A DNA stretch of 62,897 bases, the filler included, from Octopus bimaculoides (lineage: Eukaryota), in NCBI RefSeq assembly GCF_001194135.2. It is 6 parts of 6 records of this genome, joined end to end, with 100 filler letters (N's around TTAATTAATTAA, not from the genome) between each part and the next. Parts side by side here need not be neighbours in the genome. Positions count along the whole stretch, not along the records: positions 30,602 to 52,496 come from NC_068986.1; positions 52,597 to 54,200 come from NW_026343407.1; positions 54,301 to 58,909 come from NC_068989.1; positions 59,010 to 61,066 come from NC_068996.1; positions 61,167 to 62,897 come from NW_026386298.1; 1 more part is not named here. One strand, given 5' to 3'. Each line of letters begins with the position of its first letter. The first letter of the stretch is position 1. Both the position numbers and the translations under genes were made by a program. Positions 49,960-62,897 of this stretch are shown here, piece by piece. The notes under the pieces were generated by a model, which worked only from the letters and a program-made list of their open reading frames with translations, ran no database searches and was not told the origin of the DNA.

Positions 49960-50900
49960 TAAATTGGAGAGTAGCCTTCCTCTTCATTGGTGGTCATGTA
50001 CTCTTTGCATTGAGAAACTCACAGACTTTGTAATATTTTCGAGAGAAGATAATTAGTCTTGCGCTTCAAAGAGTTGATTGGCTTTGAGTGCAGAATCTTC
50101 AGTGTAGTCAAGTTCAGAAAGATATATGCTCTACTGGTGGCACCTTAATCGCTTCTGTTTCTGGAGATGTTCATGTCTTGGATGTGGTGAAGACTGCTCG
50201 AAGGTGCAGACCACCATAGTAATGAAAAAAAAAAAGCTAGAGTCTAATCATGTGATTACTATGAGGGAATTCTACCCAAAAGAATAAAGTAGTAGATTTT
50301 TTTTAGGCAAACTCGAATGTGTTATTCTTCTGTAATTCTGAGGTAAGTGAAATCATTGAAGATTTCAAAGAGACCCGTTTCCTAAAAAGGTCTCGTTACA
50401 GAATTCCAAGAGATGTTTGTGGAAGAGTGTACTTATGTTAACTGCATGTTAATTAAAATTGTTGTCTTTATCATTCTTAATTTCTTTTTAGGCATTTTCA
50501 AACCTAAATGGGCTAGCCTGGATCGGCAGCCGATCTATTATTTTGCTGCTGAAGAAAGGATCGTTGTCAAATACGCTTCAGAGTAGCTCTGTTTTACCAA
50601 AAAATCAATCTGAAGATCTGAAACCATGCACATAGACATCGGTCAATATCTTACCCTACAATGTAGACCCCCTCCCTGGGGAATCTTACTTGTTGGTAAG
50701 TTCTCTTACAGTTCCTCAGGTGGCAGTATTTTGTTTTCATTCTGGAAGTTGTCAAATTCTTCAGTTCTTAACTAGGATTTGATGTTTTCTTGTAATATTT
50801 GCTTGTATGCTGGACTGAAGTTTCTCTTAGTATTACTAGTGGATCTAGATTGTTGTCTCTGCACTGCATTCTTCAAATCCACCCTGGTCCTTTTTATCTT
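49960..50900 (-). mobile_element. Highly degenerate RTE-like LINE RT fragment
   Basis: ELDYTEDSAL..SLENITKSV resembles DLDYADDIAL..LE..AKSVGL. Confidence 0.5.
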
Positions 50901-51592
50901 TCTCTTGGAGTCGAAACCTGGCTATAAAAAAAGAGCTTCAAGATCGTTTTGATGGTAGGCGCACTAGGGTTCTCTAAAGGAAGCAAATATCTTAAGACGT
51001 GAGAGCATGGCAAAAGAAATGATATATTGACTCACCCCACTGTCGTGCTGAACATCACATCATACCAGGTGTTGTATTTATGAGACCCTCGGATATCAAC
51101 AGAAGGCGAAGATCACTCAACTACATGAATATTATTGGCTTATGTACATAACATGAAACCGAGGACCTAACAAACAAAGTTAATGTGGGACTAAGGCATA
51201 TGGCGCAGCATGATGAAACGCAACTATATTGTGAACGATTGAAGAAGAAATTAGACTCTTCTAATATTGTACTAGGACACTCAGCTTATGCAAAAATTTC
51301 ATTTCATTTTTGTGTTTGAAATAAATATATGAGTATTTCTATTAAATTCGTCGAGTCAGCTTTTATCTCATGCATTTTCAAAGTAATCTAAACTACAGGT
51401 TTACAGACTCAATTTGATTATTTTTTCTTTTATCTAGAAACAATATCACCCATTTATAGAAAAGCGAAACAAAATTGATGGAAGTTGACGTTTTTTTTAA
51501 TGAACTAACTGAATTAAATTCAGTTGGAGACCGAAAATGGCTCGCAAATTTGTCTTCAGCTTAACCTGAACTATTGTTCGATAGTTGTTGGC

Positions 51593-51966
51593 ACCCCGTC
51601 GCTTACGACGTCAAGGGTTCCAGTCGATCCGATCAACGGAACAGCCTGCTCGTGAAACTAACGTGCAAGTGGCTGAGCAATCCACAGACACGTGTGCTCT
51701 TAACGTAGTTCTCGGGGATATTCAGCGTGACACGGTGTGACAAGGCTGGCCCTTTGAATTACAGGCACAACAGAAACAGGAAGAAAGAGTAAGAGAAAGT
51801 TGTGGTGGAAGAGTACAGCAGGGTTCGCCACCATCCCCCTGTCGGAGCCTCGTGGAGCTTTAGGTGTTTTCGCTCAATAAACACTCACAACGCCCGGTCT
51901 GGGAATCGAAACTAGGATCTTATGACTGCGAGTCCGCTGCCCTAACCACTAGGCCATTGCGCCTCC
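51593..51966 (-). mobile_element. tRNA-derived SINE with intact head
   Basis: On the minus strand, ggaggcgcaaTGGCCTAGTGGttagggcagcggactcgcagtcataagatcctaGTTTCGATTCCcag gives box A and box B, followed by a non-tRNA body. Confidence 0.8.
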
Positions 51967-52445
51967 TGTTCGATAGTATCAACCATTCTTCAGACGCCAC
52001 ATTAAATGCACCAATAATTCATGAACATTTAATCTACGGCTGCTATTATGAGCTGTGCCCTTCATTACTGACTACAACTATTAAATATAAGTATTGAGAA
52101 TAGAGATACGTATAAAGGCTTCAACATATTTGAATAGCTTCCTTTTTGACACTATTCAAAAAAAAACAAAAAAAACAACCATACAATTTAACATTAGAAA
52201 TAGTCTAAACGCATATCAGGTGAAATTATATATTACATATATATATTGTATACTATTACTTAGTACTACATATTTTAAAACATCCAGATACAGTTGACTG
52301 CACATAGTTCCGGGTGCATTCCCACTGCGTATATGTATATGTGCGTGTGTGTTTGTATGTGTATGAGTGTATCTATGTGTTTGTGTCTGTGTCTGTGTTT
52401 GTCCTCCTATCACCACTCGACAGCCAGTGTTACTGTGTCGGTATA

Positions 52446-52496
<51 letters not shown>

Positions 52497-52814
52497 NNNN
52501 NNNNNNNNNNNNNNNNNNNNNNNNNNNNNNNNNNNNNNNNTTAATTAATTAANNNNNNNNNNNNNNNNNNNNNNNNNNNNNNNNNNNNNNNNNNNNCTAT
52601 CTAGAGTAATAATTTGTAGTTTTGAAATCAGTAGTTCTTTGACTGCTATTTCTGAATTCTCAGTATGTTGGAGAAGCAGGTTACTGTCAATCCCTATATA
52701 TTTATGATTATAAATGTTTTTTACCGAAAAGGTTTTTTCATACTGAGCTACCCGGCAAAATTGTTAATTATTAATTTTATTACTAATTGACGATTCCCTG
52801 CCCTGCATATCTAT

Positions 52815-52815
<1 letters not shown>

Positions 52816-52902
<87 letters not shown>
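52816..52902. repeat. (GATA)n microsatellite
   Basis: Direct reading. Confidence 0.95.
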
Positions 52903-52903
<1 letters not shown>

Positions 52904-53324
52904 CCCTGAGTTTATCTGTTCATAAAGACGTTACAGAATAGTGAAGACAAAGCTCCTGATCTGTGTATCAATAATTTTTTTTATTATTATTAAAAAGCAA
53001 TGAATCCAACAAAATGCATGATGTTTTATCCCTAGAATCGCGCCGCTAGGTTCACCCAGTCATCACTGATTAGATGTAATGTCAAACAAAAATCGTCGGA
53101 TATCTGCGAAAAGTGAAATCGTCAGATATCCGCGATTATTGAAACCTTGACAGCGGTCATGTTGTAAGGTGGCACCTGGGCTTTTCTGTCGTTTCTATAC
53201 ATAGTGTGTATGTGTTTGCCAGTTTGTTTATGATCACGTAAACGAGCGCACCGACTTGCCTTACTAAAGACCGTTAAGGAACTTGTCTTAAGGAACTTGT
53301 CTTTCAAGTCATGCATGGCTTTGT

Positions 53325-53542
53325 GTCTTTGTGTCTGTGTTTGTCCCCCCACCACCTTCACTTGACAACCGATGTTGGTGTGTTTACGTCCCCGTAACAT
53401 AGCGATTCGGCAAAATAGACTTATAGAATAAGTACTAAGTTTACAAATAATAAGTCCTGGGGTCGATTTCTTCGACTAAAAGAAAAAATAGCTTAAAGGC
53501 TGTGCTCCAGTATGACCGCAGTCAGATGACTGAAACGAGTAA
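53325..53542 (+). mobile_element. SINE fragment, second family
   Basis: Shared with the inverted copy at 30232-30392; a partial piece at ~52375-52440. Confidence 0.75.
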
Positions 53543-54769
53543 AAGAATAAAAAGATAAAAAATCTGAACAATTTTCACATATGTGACACATTCTATTTGT
53601 GACCATACCGGTTTTAAGCAATTCCACGGTGACTCTTTTAAAGCTGGTTTTGCTACCTCTGCTACCTCTAGCACCTACAATGAGTTCTTTTTTTTTTTTT
53701 TATAAAATGGTTACGTATGAGTTAAGGCAGATTAGTTGTGTTTTCTATCGCAGGATGTTGAATGGTCCTTAACTAGTTCGATAACTCACAGTGCCGCCTG
53801 TCATGTAACACTTCAGATCGTTCGAATGGAAGAAAACACGCAGAATTTGAAAAAGATCGCTTCAAACATTGAGCAAAATCGTGGCGGGCAAAATTTCAAG
53901 TGAAAATCTCACTTCGTAAACTTTGCTTTTCTTTGTGAAGAGCTGATTAATTGATATGGCCGAATCTATATAGGCTCACATTTCTTTATTACATTCAGTT
54001 CTGATGATGGGCATTTGTAACCGAAATATATATAGGCTTCTAAAGCATTTTTCCTTTCGCATTGCAAGAAGCTTTCCGTTTTTATTATTATTTTATATTA
54101 TTTTAAAACTGTACCTCTACTTCATCCATTTCATCTATCAATGATTTCATCCTACTGGAGTTATATAGATAGAATGAGGCATGTCACCCCTAGACTGAAA
54201 NNNNNNNNNNNNNNNNNNNNNNNNNNNNNNNNNNNNNNNNNNNNTTAATTAATTAANNNNNNNNNNNNNNNNNNNNNNNNNNNNNNNNNNNNNNNNNNNN
54301 CACCACCACCACCACCACCACCACCACTACCACCACCACAACCACTACCGCCACCACCAATAGTTCTCGCAGTATCAGAATCGAATCACAACGTCAAAGA
54401 AAAAAAAAAGAAAAAAGAAAAAAAAAAGTATCATTTCTGTTTTGTTTTTCTCATGCGTCGAGTTTGAAGTTTTAAGAATGCAAACTGTGAGATGAAGATC
54501 AGGTAAAGGATGTTGTGCTTTTCATTCCGCTACGGACTATGAGGAAAGTTATTGCAGGCGTCGCACGGCATTAGTACAGCGAGAACTTACCGGCCGGCAA
54601 AATAACAACAACAACAAAAACAACAAGATCAAGAAAGAATAAGGACAATAGGTGCACCGATAATAATCACAGTATCGTCAGTAAACAGGTGAGTTGAGTT
54701 TATGCTTTTCTGTATGGTGTTATCGTTACAGCTGTATATTCTTTTCTACTCTAGGTACAAGGCTCGAGA

Positions 54770-55180
54770 TTTTTTGGGGTAGGGGGAGGCAGTCAATTAG
54801 ATCATCGACCCCCCCAGTACGCAACTGGTACTTAACTTATAGATTCTGAAAGGTAAAGTCGATCTCCGCGGAATTTGAACTCAGAATGTTAAAGACAGAC
54901 GAAATACCGCTTAACATTTCGCCCGGCGTGCCAACGTTTCTTATTTCTTTATTGCCCACAAGGGGCTAAACATAGAGGGGACAAACAAGGACAGACAAAG
55001 GGATTAAGTCGATTACATCGACCCCCACCAGTGCATAAATGGTACTTGATTTATCGACCCCGAAAGGATGACAGGCAAAGTCGACCTCGGCGGAATTTGA
55101 ACTCAGAACGAAACGGCAGACGAAATACCGCTCAGCATTTTGTCCGGCGTGCTAACGTTTCTGCCAGCTCGCCGCCTTGT
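54770..55180 (-). mobile_element. Two adjacent main-family SINE copies
   Basis: Reverse complements of the 45807 cluster core; the copy at 54935-55180 carries tail A. Confidence 0.88.
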
Positions 55181-55904
55181 TACACCTGTATATTGGGTAT
55201 GCAGAGTTTTATGAAAGCTGACCCCANNNNNNNNNNNNNNNNNNNNNNNNNNNNNNNNNNNNNNNNNNNNNNNNNNNNNNNNNNNNNNNNNNNNNNNNNN
55301 NNNNNNNNNNNNNNNNNNNNNNNNNNNNNNNNNNNNNNNNNNNNNNNNNNNNNNNNNNNNNNNNNNNNNNNNNNNNNNNNNNNNNNNNNNNNNNNNNNNN
55401 NNNNNNNNNNNNNNNNNNNNNNNNNNNNNNNNNNNNNNNNNNNNNNNNNNNNNNNNNNNNNNNNNNNNNNNNNNNNNNNNNNNNNNNNNNNNNNNNNNNN
55501 NNNNNNNNNNNNNNNNNNNNNNNNNNNNNNNNNNNNNNNNNNNNNNNNNNNNNNNNNNNNNNNNNNNNNNNNNNNNNNNNNNNNNNNNNNNNNNNNNNNN
55601 NNNNNNNNNNNNNNNNNNNNNNNNNNNNNNNNNNNNNNNNNNNNNNNNNNNNNNNNNNNNNNNNNNNNNNNNNNNNNNNNNNNNNNNNNNNNNNNNNNNN
55701 NNNNNNNNNNNNNNNNNNNNNNNNNNNNNNNNNNNNNNNNNNNNNNNNNNNNNNNNNNNNNNNNNNNNNNNNNNNNNNNNNNNNNNNNNNNNNNNNNNNN
55801 NNNNNNNNNNNNNNNNNNNNNNNNNNNNNNNNNNNNNNNNNNNNNNNNNNNNNNNNNNNNNNNNNNNATTATTAAAAAACAGTAACAACTATAACTGCAC
55901 CTTC

Positions 55905-55909
55905 ACTAT

Positions 55910-55957
<48 letters not shown>

Positions 55958-56005
55958 AGCAGTAGCACCACCGACACACCACCACCACCACCACCACCAC
56001 CAATA
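55905..56005. repeat. (CTA)n/(CAC)n microsatellite; (CAC)n also at 54301-54358
   Basis: Direct reading. Confidence 0.9.
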
Positions 56006-56571
56006 ACAACGAGCTAACAAAGGAGTCTTATGCCGTTAGAAATAGCAACCAAACCCCCCTCAAATAATTCACTGTTTTTTTTTGTCTGGAACGCATTCGG
56101 AACAGTTCTTTTTTAATTTTATTTCTTACATGAGAAATAACAACGTTCCGTTCTAAGCGGTTTCTTGTTCTACTTGAAATAACAGCCAAATATACCACAG
56201 ATAACACTACCAGCTTAAACAAGGGACAGACGCATGAGACAATGATCACCACTGGATTATTTTGATCTGAGCTATGTCTGATCAGGGTTGGGTCAGGGTT
56301 AAAAAAAAAAACACTGCGCTGCTGTTGCACCCACTTTACCAGCAGTGTCCCAACCAATGCCACCAAAAACAACTGCACCGCCGTCACCAATACATTACAA
56401 GCTGCGCCAGCGCCACCAACGATGAAGCTATGAAAAGTAGCAAACAAATCTCCCTTTTGTGACGCCTTACCGACATAAAAACAGTATATTTAGGACATTG
56501 GATAATATATTAAATATTAAATATACTACAGCTGAAATAAAAAAAAAAAACCTCTGATGGGATGACCACTG

Positions 56572-56965
56572 CCGGAAATCCCTTGATCATAGGGTTAGCT
56601 CAATCATGTTTGACCTGGGGTTAAACGAAAGCACCACCGTGTTCACTACCACAACGAAAAAAAAAATAAATAACAGCAACATCGCCCTTAAACCACGCTG
56701 CCTTAAAAAAGTGGTTCCAGATATCCACGTAAAAAGACAGGATGGTCACGGCTGGAGTGTTATTGATCATAAGTCTGCCCCGGAAATCCCTTAATCATAG
56801 GGTAAGCTCAATCATGGTTGACCTAGGGGTAAACGACAGCACCACCGTGTTCACTACCACAACGAAAAAAAAATAACAACAACATCTACCTTAAAAAAGT
56901 GGCTCCAGGTATCCACGTAACAAGACAGGATGGTCACGGCTGGAGTGTTTTTGATTATAAGTCTG
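56572..56965. repeat. Tandem duplication of a ~200-bp SINE-like unit (2 copies, plus partial pieces at ~56270 and ~57060)
   Basis: ccggaaatccctt..agcaccaccgtgttcactaccacaacg..ggatggtcacggctggagtgtt..ataagtctg occurs twice. Confidence 0.85.
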
Positions 56966-57103
56966 TTCAGTGGGGGTGAGTTAACCGGGACTGTAAAACT
57001 CAATTACAGTAAAACACACAGCACTGCATACTGTAATGATTTAGATACACTGAATGAAAGACGGATGGCCACCACACGATCGTGTTTGATCATAGGTCTC
57101 CTG

Positions 57104-57324
57104 TAGTGTTTCTCAACCATTTTTTTTTACCTATGGGACTCTTTGATTCCTATTTTACTCGAATGGATCGTCCTAGCCATTCGATGTTTAAAAAAATCTT
57201 ATATTTTTATGATAAAATATTATCAAGAAAGAAATTATTAAAATATTTTGTGCATTGCATAAGCATAACCAATTTTTGGGAGATAAATGTTAAAATCTGA
57301 TATGGATCCCGTTGAAAACCACTG
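57104..57324. mobile_element. hAT (Charlie/Buster-like) MITE
   Basis: TAGTGTTTCTCAAC ... GTTGAAAACCACTG TIRs; flanks GTCTCCTG / GTCTAATG form a degenerate 8-bp TSD. Confidence 0.7.
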
Positions 57325-57457
57325 GTCTAATGGCTGGATCCGGACTGACATAGGACCAAACACAAATAACAGCCAAGTCGCTAGTTGCTTAGACATTATT
57401 GTTACTTTTTCGATCACGTATGGAATTCTGCTAAATACCTTGGGAGAGAGAGAGAGG

Positions 57458-57489
<32 letters not shown>

Positions 57490-57627
57490 CAAAGCTAAAC
57501 ATCACTTTCTACATTTTTATACCAGCTATATAAGCGTTTCTAACAAAGGGACAAACATTTTGGGAGTGAAGTTGGAGTATAGTCGATTATATTAACTCCC
57601 TTGCTTCTTCTACTGCTGATAATATAC

Positions 57628-57812
57628 CAGTGCCCCGCAACCGGTATGCCGCGGCACGCTGGTGTGCCACGATACAGTGCTAGGTGTGCCGCAGTGTGGC
57701 TTGAATATAATTTTTTTCCCTATATATTTAGTTATGGTTTTAGTTCAGGTGTGCCGCCGAATTTTGAAAAGAATATAAGTGTACCGCAAGTGAAAAAGGC
57801 TTCAGAGCACTA
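57628..57812. mobile_element. hAT MITE with perfect 8-bp TSD TAATATAC
   Basis: CAGTGCCC..GAGCACTA ends; TAATATAC at 57620-57627 and 57813-57820. Confidence 0.8.
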
Positions 57813-59009
57813 TAATATACTTAAGTTTCTTTAAAAATAGATGTTTTCAATTATTTTTTACAAAAATATTAATTAATATTTATAAAAATAATAATCCCTG
57901 TGCTTGACAGATGATATGTGTTATTGAGCCCCGAAGGGGTGAAAAGTGATGTTAATCTCGGCAGGATTTGAAAGCAAAACATGAAGGAGCTTAACTTAAC
58001 ACCACAAGAAAGTACATAATCCTTGGCCGTCTACATAAGGATACGATAGACCTAACTGGGCGTATGAAGGGCCTAGTTTGTTGCTGCTGCAACTGCGAAT
58101 CCTAGTCTTCTACTTTCATGTGTAAAATCACACTAATATGTCAAACTATATCTGCAACGATTAGAAACATTTGCAGTAACATACACAAGCTGCAACAAAA
58201 TGTACAGACTACAACAACATTCTCAGACTGAAAACAATACGCACAAACGAAAACAGCATGCACAAACTGCACTAACATTCACAGACTGTAACAATGTGCA
58301 ATACTCTAATCACATATCCAGAGTGCAATAACATCAAGCTTCAATAGCTTGCAGAATTTTGCAATAATTTGTTCAGACTGCAAGAAGCAATATGTACAAA
58401 CACTACAGCAATTTACATGAACTGCAGCATGTACAAATTAAAATAATTTTGTCTAAACTGCGACAGTACACTGCATACTCTATAGCAATATGTCCAATAT
58501 GGAGTTTAGCTAGCCGAAAATTTACATAACCAGAGCTGTGGTCCAGTGGGTCACATGAAGTCAACTATTTTATGCAGGGTCTCTTCCATAAGGACTTTGA
58601 TGGAGGGTTAAACACCAACGCGCAATAGCAACAACGCACAACAACAACAGCAACAACGTGTAACCACCACCACCACCACCACCACTACCACCACCACAAC
58701 AACAACAACGTACGATAGCAACAACTCTATGAGTTCAAACAAACGTAAATTCTTGTGTGGCAGTAATTTCTGTAGTTTTGCTAAAGTAAGGTCAACAACA
58801 TTGCTTTATACACAGTAAGGAGATGTATTGGTACAGCCTTCATACGGACAATCAACCTACTAGAAATAACCGCGAACTCTCCTTCAAACCAGAGTCAATC
58901 TTGAAGAACNNNNNNNNNNNNNNNNNNNNNNNNNNNNNNNNNNNNNNNNNNNNTTAATTAATTAANNNNNNNNNNNNNNNNNNNNNNNNNNNNNNNNNNN
59001 NNNNNNNNN

Positions 59010-59050
<41 letters not shown>

Positions 59051-59536
59051 GTATGTGAATTTTAAAATGCGATGTATAAGTACTCAATACATATAGTAGA
59101 GTATATATTTATGTCTTAGTCTGAAACTGAGACGTCAGTTCTTTGTTTCTTAAGATTCTATGTGTTGATTATAGCGGAAGTACTTAACTTCAAGTGTCAA
59201 CTTTAAGAGATTTAAGTGTCAGCTTCAAATTATATATTTAATACAACGCAAAACAAAACAAGATAGATAACATAGCTATCTAATTGAGAATTTTTACTTG
59301 AAACAAAAATACTATTAAGATTGCTTATGAAAATTTCATCATTATCAAAACTGAACATACAGTTGATGTGTACTGTTGCAACGAATTCAGAACAGTAACA
59401 ATGGTGGAATTGTTTTCCATTGGTTAAAGAAAGCTGACGTCAACTGTGATAATCCTAATGTGAAACAGATACGGCAGCGTTCCCATGATTTCAGTAATGA
59501 ATGAATGTATATTCCTATCTTCGTGGTTAAGAGTCA

Positions 59537-59568
<32 letters not shown>

Positions 59569-60544
59569 AAAAGAGACAGTCTGTGTGTGTGGAAGGGATG
59601 ATGTCTGAGACACAAACTATTCTATTGGGTCTCCGTATTTTCCTGCGGATGAATTAGGTCGGCGTGGGGCACCAAGTTGCCTTCTTCCGCCTCGATTTAC
59701 TGTCGCCTCTTCGCAATTATTCAAAACCAGTTGGGATTTGTAGGTTTATGCGCGAAAATCGTCCTTCTCGTAATCGGGTTAGCTTCCAAATCTACCAAGC
59801 TCACACCACCTGTCCAGTTATAAAACTGATGTAGCTGTGAACTGGATAGAAACTTTTAGAGATATCTTTTATTTTCTTTCCCAGTACTTTTACAACAGTC
59901 CAGATACTAACCCAGAATTTCTAAACCTGACTACAAGTGTTTTATAGTAATTGACCCTATGATGGCGACCCCTCCGTCCTTTAGACGTTTTTTTTTTCCT
60001 TAATTGGTTTCCGATAACTCTCCTCACCAGACATGTCATGCAGCAGGTTGTACCGGATTACATGTTTCTTGTATTACTCTTGACCGATCTAAGATTTCAA
60101 CAGGCGGCGCTAAAAATCCTATTATGATAAAAGTAAATACCCTATCGGGGGTCCTAGAACTCATGGTGTTGGTTTCTTGTTTTCATGGCATGTAGGCGAC
60201 CGAGATCACAACATGACCTCACTGAACGGGACGCCAGTCCGTCGCAATGTAACTCATTTACAGCCGAGTAGACTGTAACGACGTGAAACAAAGTGTATTT
60301 CTTGCTCAAGATCATGATCTTGCGACTACGAGTACAACGCTTTTGCCTATAGGCCAGGCGCTTTTACTCAGAAGATGAAAGTAAGGAAGGTTTTCCAACG
60401 CCAATAATTTCGTTCACGCACTGGGCCGCACAAAAACATGAATTACTAATAAAAAAAAAAAAGGGTTGTCTTTAATATAAAAAAAATATTAAAACTGGAG
60501 ACCTGTCATGTTTGAAATAATGCATTTTAGGGAAACCTACAGGC

Positions 60545-60785
60545 ATATGCACACATACGCACGCACGCACGCACGCACGCACGCACACACACGCACACAC
60601 ATGTTTGAATACGTGCATACAGGCATACACATATATGTACACACCTATACATACATACATACATACATACATACATACATACATAAATGCATACATACAT
60701 GCATGCACGCACACACATACACGCACACACACACATACGGACACACACACACACACACACACATACATACATACATACATACAAG
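60545..60785. repeat. (CA)n/(GCAC)n/(TACA)n compound microsatellite
   Basis: Direct reading. Confidence 0.9.
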
Positions 60786-60924
60786 TTAGGAATTATGTAC
60801 ATTATTTACATTNNNNNNNNNNATACATACATACAAGTTAGGAATTATGTACATTATTTACATTTGACGGATATTTGCCCTCATCTTGTTTGTTGTTAAC
60901 ACAACGTTTCGGCTGATATACTAC

Positions 60925-60994
60925 GAGCATATGGCACAGTGGTTAAGAGCACGGGCTACTAACCCAAGATTCCGAGTTCGATTCCAGGCAGTGA

Positions 60995-61000
<6 letters not shown>
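60925..61000 (+). mobile_element. tRNA-like SINE head joined directly to (AAT)n
   Basis: TGGCACAGTGG box A and GTTCGATTCC box B; no convincing cloverleaf. Confidence 0.55.
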
Positions 61001-61063
<63 letters not shown>

Positions 61064-61870
61064 TAANNNNNNNNNNNNNNNNNNNNNNNNNNNNNNNNNN
61101 NNNNNNNNNNTTAATTAATTAANNNNNNNNNNNNNNNNNNNNNNNNNNNNNNNNNNNNNNNNNNNNAATAGAGGAATTTATCCGTAAATAATATGTGACA
61201 ATTATTCGGTAGCCATAATAAAACTCCGCCATCTCTTCAGTTATCTGGCCATCGGAAAAATGCCTATGAAAATGACTGTTAAAACAAAGGGAAATTACTG
61301 TGTGATTGACTGTTATTAAGACAAAAGAGCTATTAGAATGACCGCTAAGTGAGGGGAGGGAGTAAAGTTAAGGGTGCAAAAATGTCCATAGTATTCGCAT
61401 AAGCGCACGAGTCCATACATACACATGCGCGCCCGCACACCCACATACATTCGCCTATATGTATATCCTCATCCACCCTCACTTGAAACACACACATGCT
61501 CACCCACACATTTGCAAAAAAATATATACATGCCCGCATACACGCTTGCACACACACACGCGCGCGCGCAAAAATAAAGGTTCATACACATGTCTATATA
61601 CGCACATGCACAAGGAAAAACAGGGCTAAAGGCAAAATACAGAAAAAAGTGTAAAAAAGCAACAAGAGTAAAACACGTCTATATACGCAGATACCCGCAC
61701 ACATCCACAAGCGTACACAAAAGGTTCCGTAAACGCGTCTATATACGCACAGGAAAAAAGCAGGGTTGAAGGTAGAATACAGAAAAAATATGTGTAAAAA
61801 ATATATGAGCAATAAACCTATAAAACAATATCTCTATAAATATGTAAAAAAGTATTTAAAAATATATAAG

Positions 61871-61877
<7 letters not shown>

Positions 61878-61902
<25 letters not shown>

Positions 61903-62150
61903 GTTTAACGTCCGCTTTCCATGCTTGCATGGCTTGGACGATTTGACTGAGGACTGGTGCAACCGGATGGCTACACCAGCCTCCAATCTGATTTGGCAGA
62001 GTTTCTACAGCTGGATGCCCTTCCTAACGCCAACCACTCCGAGAGCGTAGTGGGTGCTTTTACATGCCACCGGCACGAAGGCAATGACCACGCTCAAAAT
62101 GGTGTATTTCATGTGCCACCTGCACAAGAGCCAGTCCAGCGGATGAGGAG
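61878..62150 (-). mobile_element. Copy of the (GAT)n-tailed SINE family
   Basis: Reverse complement of the 29560-29820 element, with a (CAT)n tail at ~61874-61900. Confidence 0.85.
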
Positions 62151-62164
62151 GGGGGCAAAAACGT

Positions 62165-62624
62165 AACAAATATTTAGCCACATGTGGACATGATCCGAAA
62201 AGTGCAGTTCTTGAATTTAGACATGTGGTGGAGTCTAAGCTGCTTTTCTAGATGAGTCATTTTTCCATATTACAAAGACTGCACTTTCCGCTGCCGTTGG
62301 TGTAGGGCTTACACTTAGCTAAGATCTTCCAATGGATGTTGTAACTGACACGTATTTCTACATCGAAACTGCGTCCTTAGTCGATATAGTGTCCATGGTG
62401 GCTTCATAAATGATGGTCTTGGACATGCAAGCTCCATTTAGCAGGCACAAATTTTTATCCTTGCATGAACAGCTGGTTTCATATTGCACGTATTTCTACA
62501 TCGAAACTGCGTCCTTAGTGGATATAGAATCCATGGTGGCTTCATAAATGATGGTCTTGGACATGCAAGCTCCATTTAGCAGGCACAAATTTTTATCCTT
62601 GCATGAACAGCTGGTTTCATATTG
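62165..62624 (-). mobile_element. Penelope-like GIY-YIG region fragment with a 138-bp tandem duplication
   Basis: CSCKDKNLCLLNGACMSKTIIYEAT and WKILAKCKPYTNGSGKCSLC..EK match Penelope C-terminal motifs; units 62349-62486 and 62487-62624. Confidence 0.8.
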
Positions 62625-62897
62625 TGGTTTTTGTGTGTTGTGTGTGATTATATTTTTAAAATTAGTAGTTGCGCTGAAACTGATTTTTAAGATATGTCTA
62701 TTGAAGAGCTTTCTGTAACTATGACTGACTGGTCAATCACACAGTAATTTCCCTTTGTTTAACGGTCATTTCCATTGCATTTTTTTTTGATGGCCAGATA
62801 ACTGAAGAGATGGTAGCGTGGGTTTCCGCCCCAACATCCGAAACTCGGAGTTTTATCATGGCTAGCAAATAATTGTCACATATTATTTACAGATACA

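Noticed and set aside
60765-60865. ~42-nt direct repeat either side of a 10-N gap
   Set aside because: Typical unmerged contig overlap.
60870-60922. Half hammerhead (minus strand ..cagccGAAACgttg..)
   Set aside because: The CUGAUGA half is absent here; at most a truncated Penelope-type repeat end.
60925-61000. Possible tRNA gene
   Set aside because: Acceptor and T stems do not pair well, the apparent ACT anticodon is atypical, and it runs into (AAT)n with no poly-T terminator. Treated as a SINE head.

Overview
AT-rich animal genomic DNA with spliced genes, many microsatellites and many SINE/LINE remnants. The repeats and the neuropeptide point to an octopus (inference). The first 30 kb holds 14 phase-consistent coding exons (8345-30141, + strand; plus one candidate exon at 37-138) of a CLASP/Orbit microtubule regulator. 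They cover the linker before TOG2, TOG2, the Ser/Arg-rich SxIP region and the RVLRPGSDSEAAIADAL motif; neither end of the gene is in the window. At 33467-34129 (+) a single coding exon encodes a secreted achatin-family precursor with 13 copies of GFGD (the octopus cardioactive peptide Ocp-1/2, whose active form has D-Phe2) and a possible cryptic FMVV-amide. The remainder is transposon debris (Tx1/L1, Gypsy, RTE, R4/Dong-like, Penelope, several SINE families, MITEs). Two long near-perfect hairpins lie in CLASP introns. Five artificial 100-nt N44-TTAATTAATTAA-N44 linkers make adjacency across them uncertain. All coordinates and alignments were read by eye; repeat boundaries are approximate.
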